From Chiloscyllium plagiosum (lineage: Eukaryota): 64,000 nt of DNA. The translations under genes and the position numbers were made by a program. Positions within the stretch are counted from its first letter, which is position 1. Each line of letters opens with the position of its first letter. The notes beneath the pieces are model-generated. The model was not told where the DNA came from. It made no database searches and worked only from the letters and a program-made list of their open reading frames with translations. Positions 63,740 through 64,000 of this stretch are shown here, piece after piece. Location: contig NC_057755.1 of assembly GCF_004010195.1 (NCBI RefSeq), positions 7,868,676 through 7,932,675 of the forward strand. Direction: 5' to 3'.

Positions 63740-64000
63740 CTGCTAAGGTTTATCCCAACACCAAAAGCATGACACATTAGAGGTACAGTTTGCAGATGAC
63801 ACCAAAATTGGAGGTTTGTGGACAGGGAAGAAGATTACCTCAGATTTCAACAGGATCTGTACCAGACTGGGCCAATCGGCTGAAAAGTGGCAGATGGAGT
63901 TTAATTCAGATAAATGTGAGGTGCTGCATTTTGGGAAAGCAAAACTTAGCAGGACTTATACACTTAATGGTAAGGTCGTAGGGAATGTTGCTGAACAAAG
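63740..64000 (+). mobile_element. CR1 RT fragment
   Basis: FADDTKIGG ... WQMEFNSDKCEVLHFGK. Confidence 0.85.

Overview
Repeat-rich vertebrate genomic DNA, most likely a cartilaginous fish (shark). This is inferred from HE1/V-SINE-type SINEs, CR1 LINEs with an esterase ORF1 and a GPR139/GPR142-like receptor family. The host-gene content is a small cluster of two-exon class A GPCRs. There is a minus-strand pseudogene (~18.5-19.9 kb), an intact gene (exon 1 30603-30669, exon 2 37237-38120, 316 aa) and a tandem paralogue (exon 2 49081-49964, exon 1 probably in the N gap). The two plus-strand genes lie in a ~12 kb tandem duplication; each copy also carries a decayed tRNA-Gly(TCC), and a third tRNA-Gly copy lies at ~60.1 kb. 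Amino-acid differences between the paralogues cluster in ECL2 and the TM6-ECL3-TM7 region. The rest of the window is mostly decayed mobile DNA: two Gmr1-type (integrase-before-RT) LTR retrotransposons, CR1, Tx1-like, Rex1/Babar-like and L2-like LINEs, and Penelope elements with minimal hammerhead-ribozyme cores. It also holds two minisatellites, two YY1/GC-box promoter-like islands and two assembly gaps. Family assignments come from motif recognition by eye, and element boundaries are approximate.
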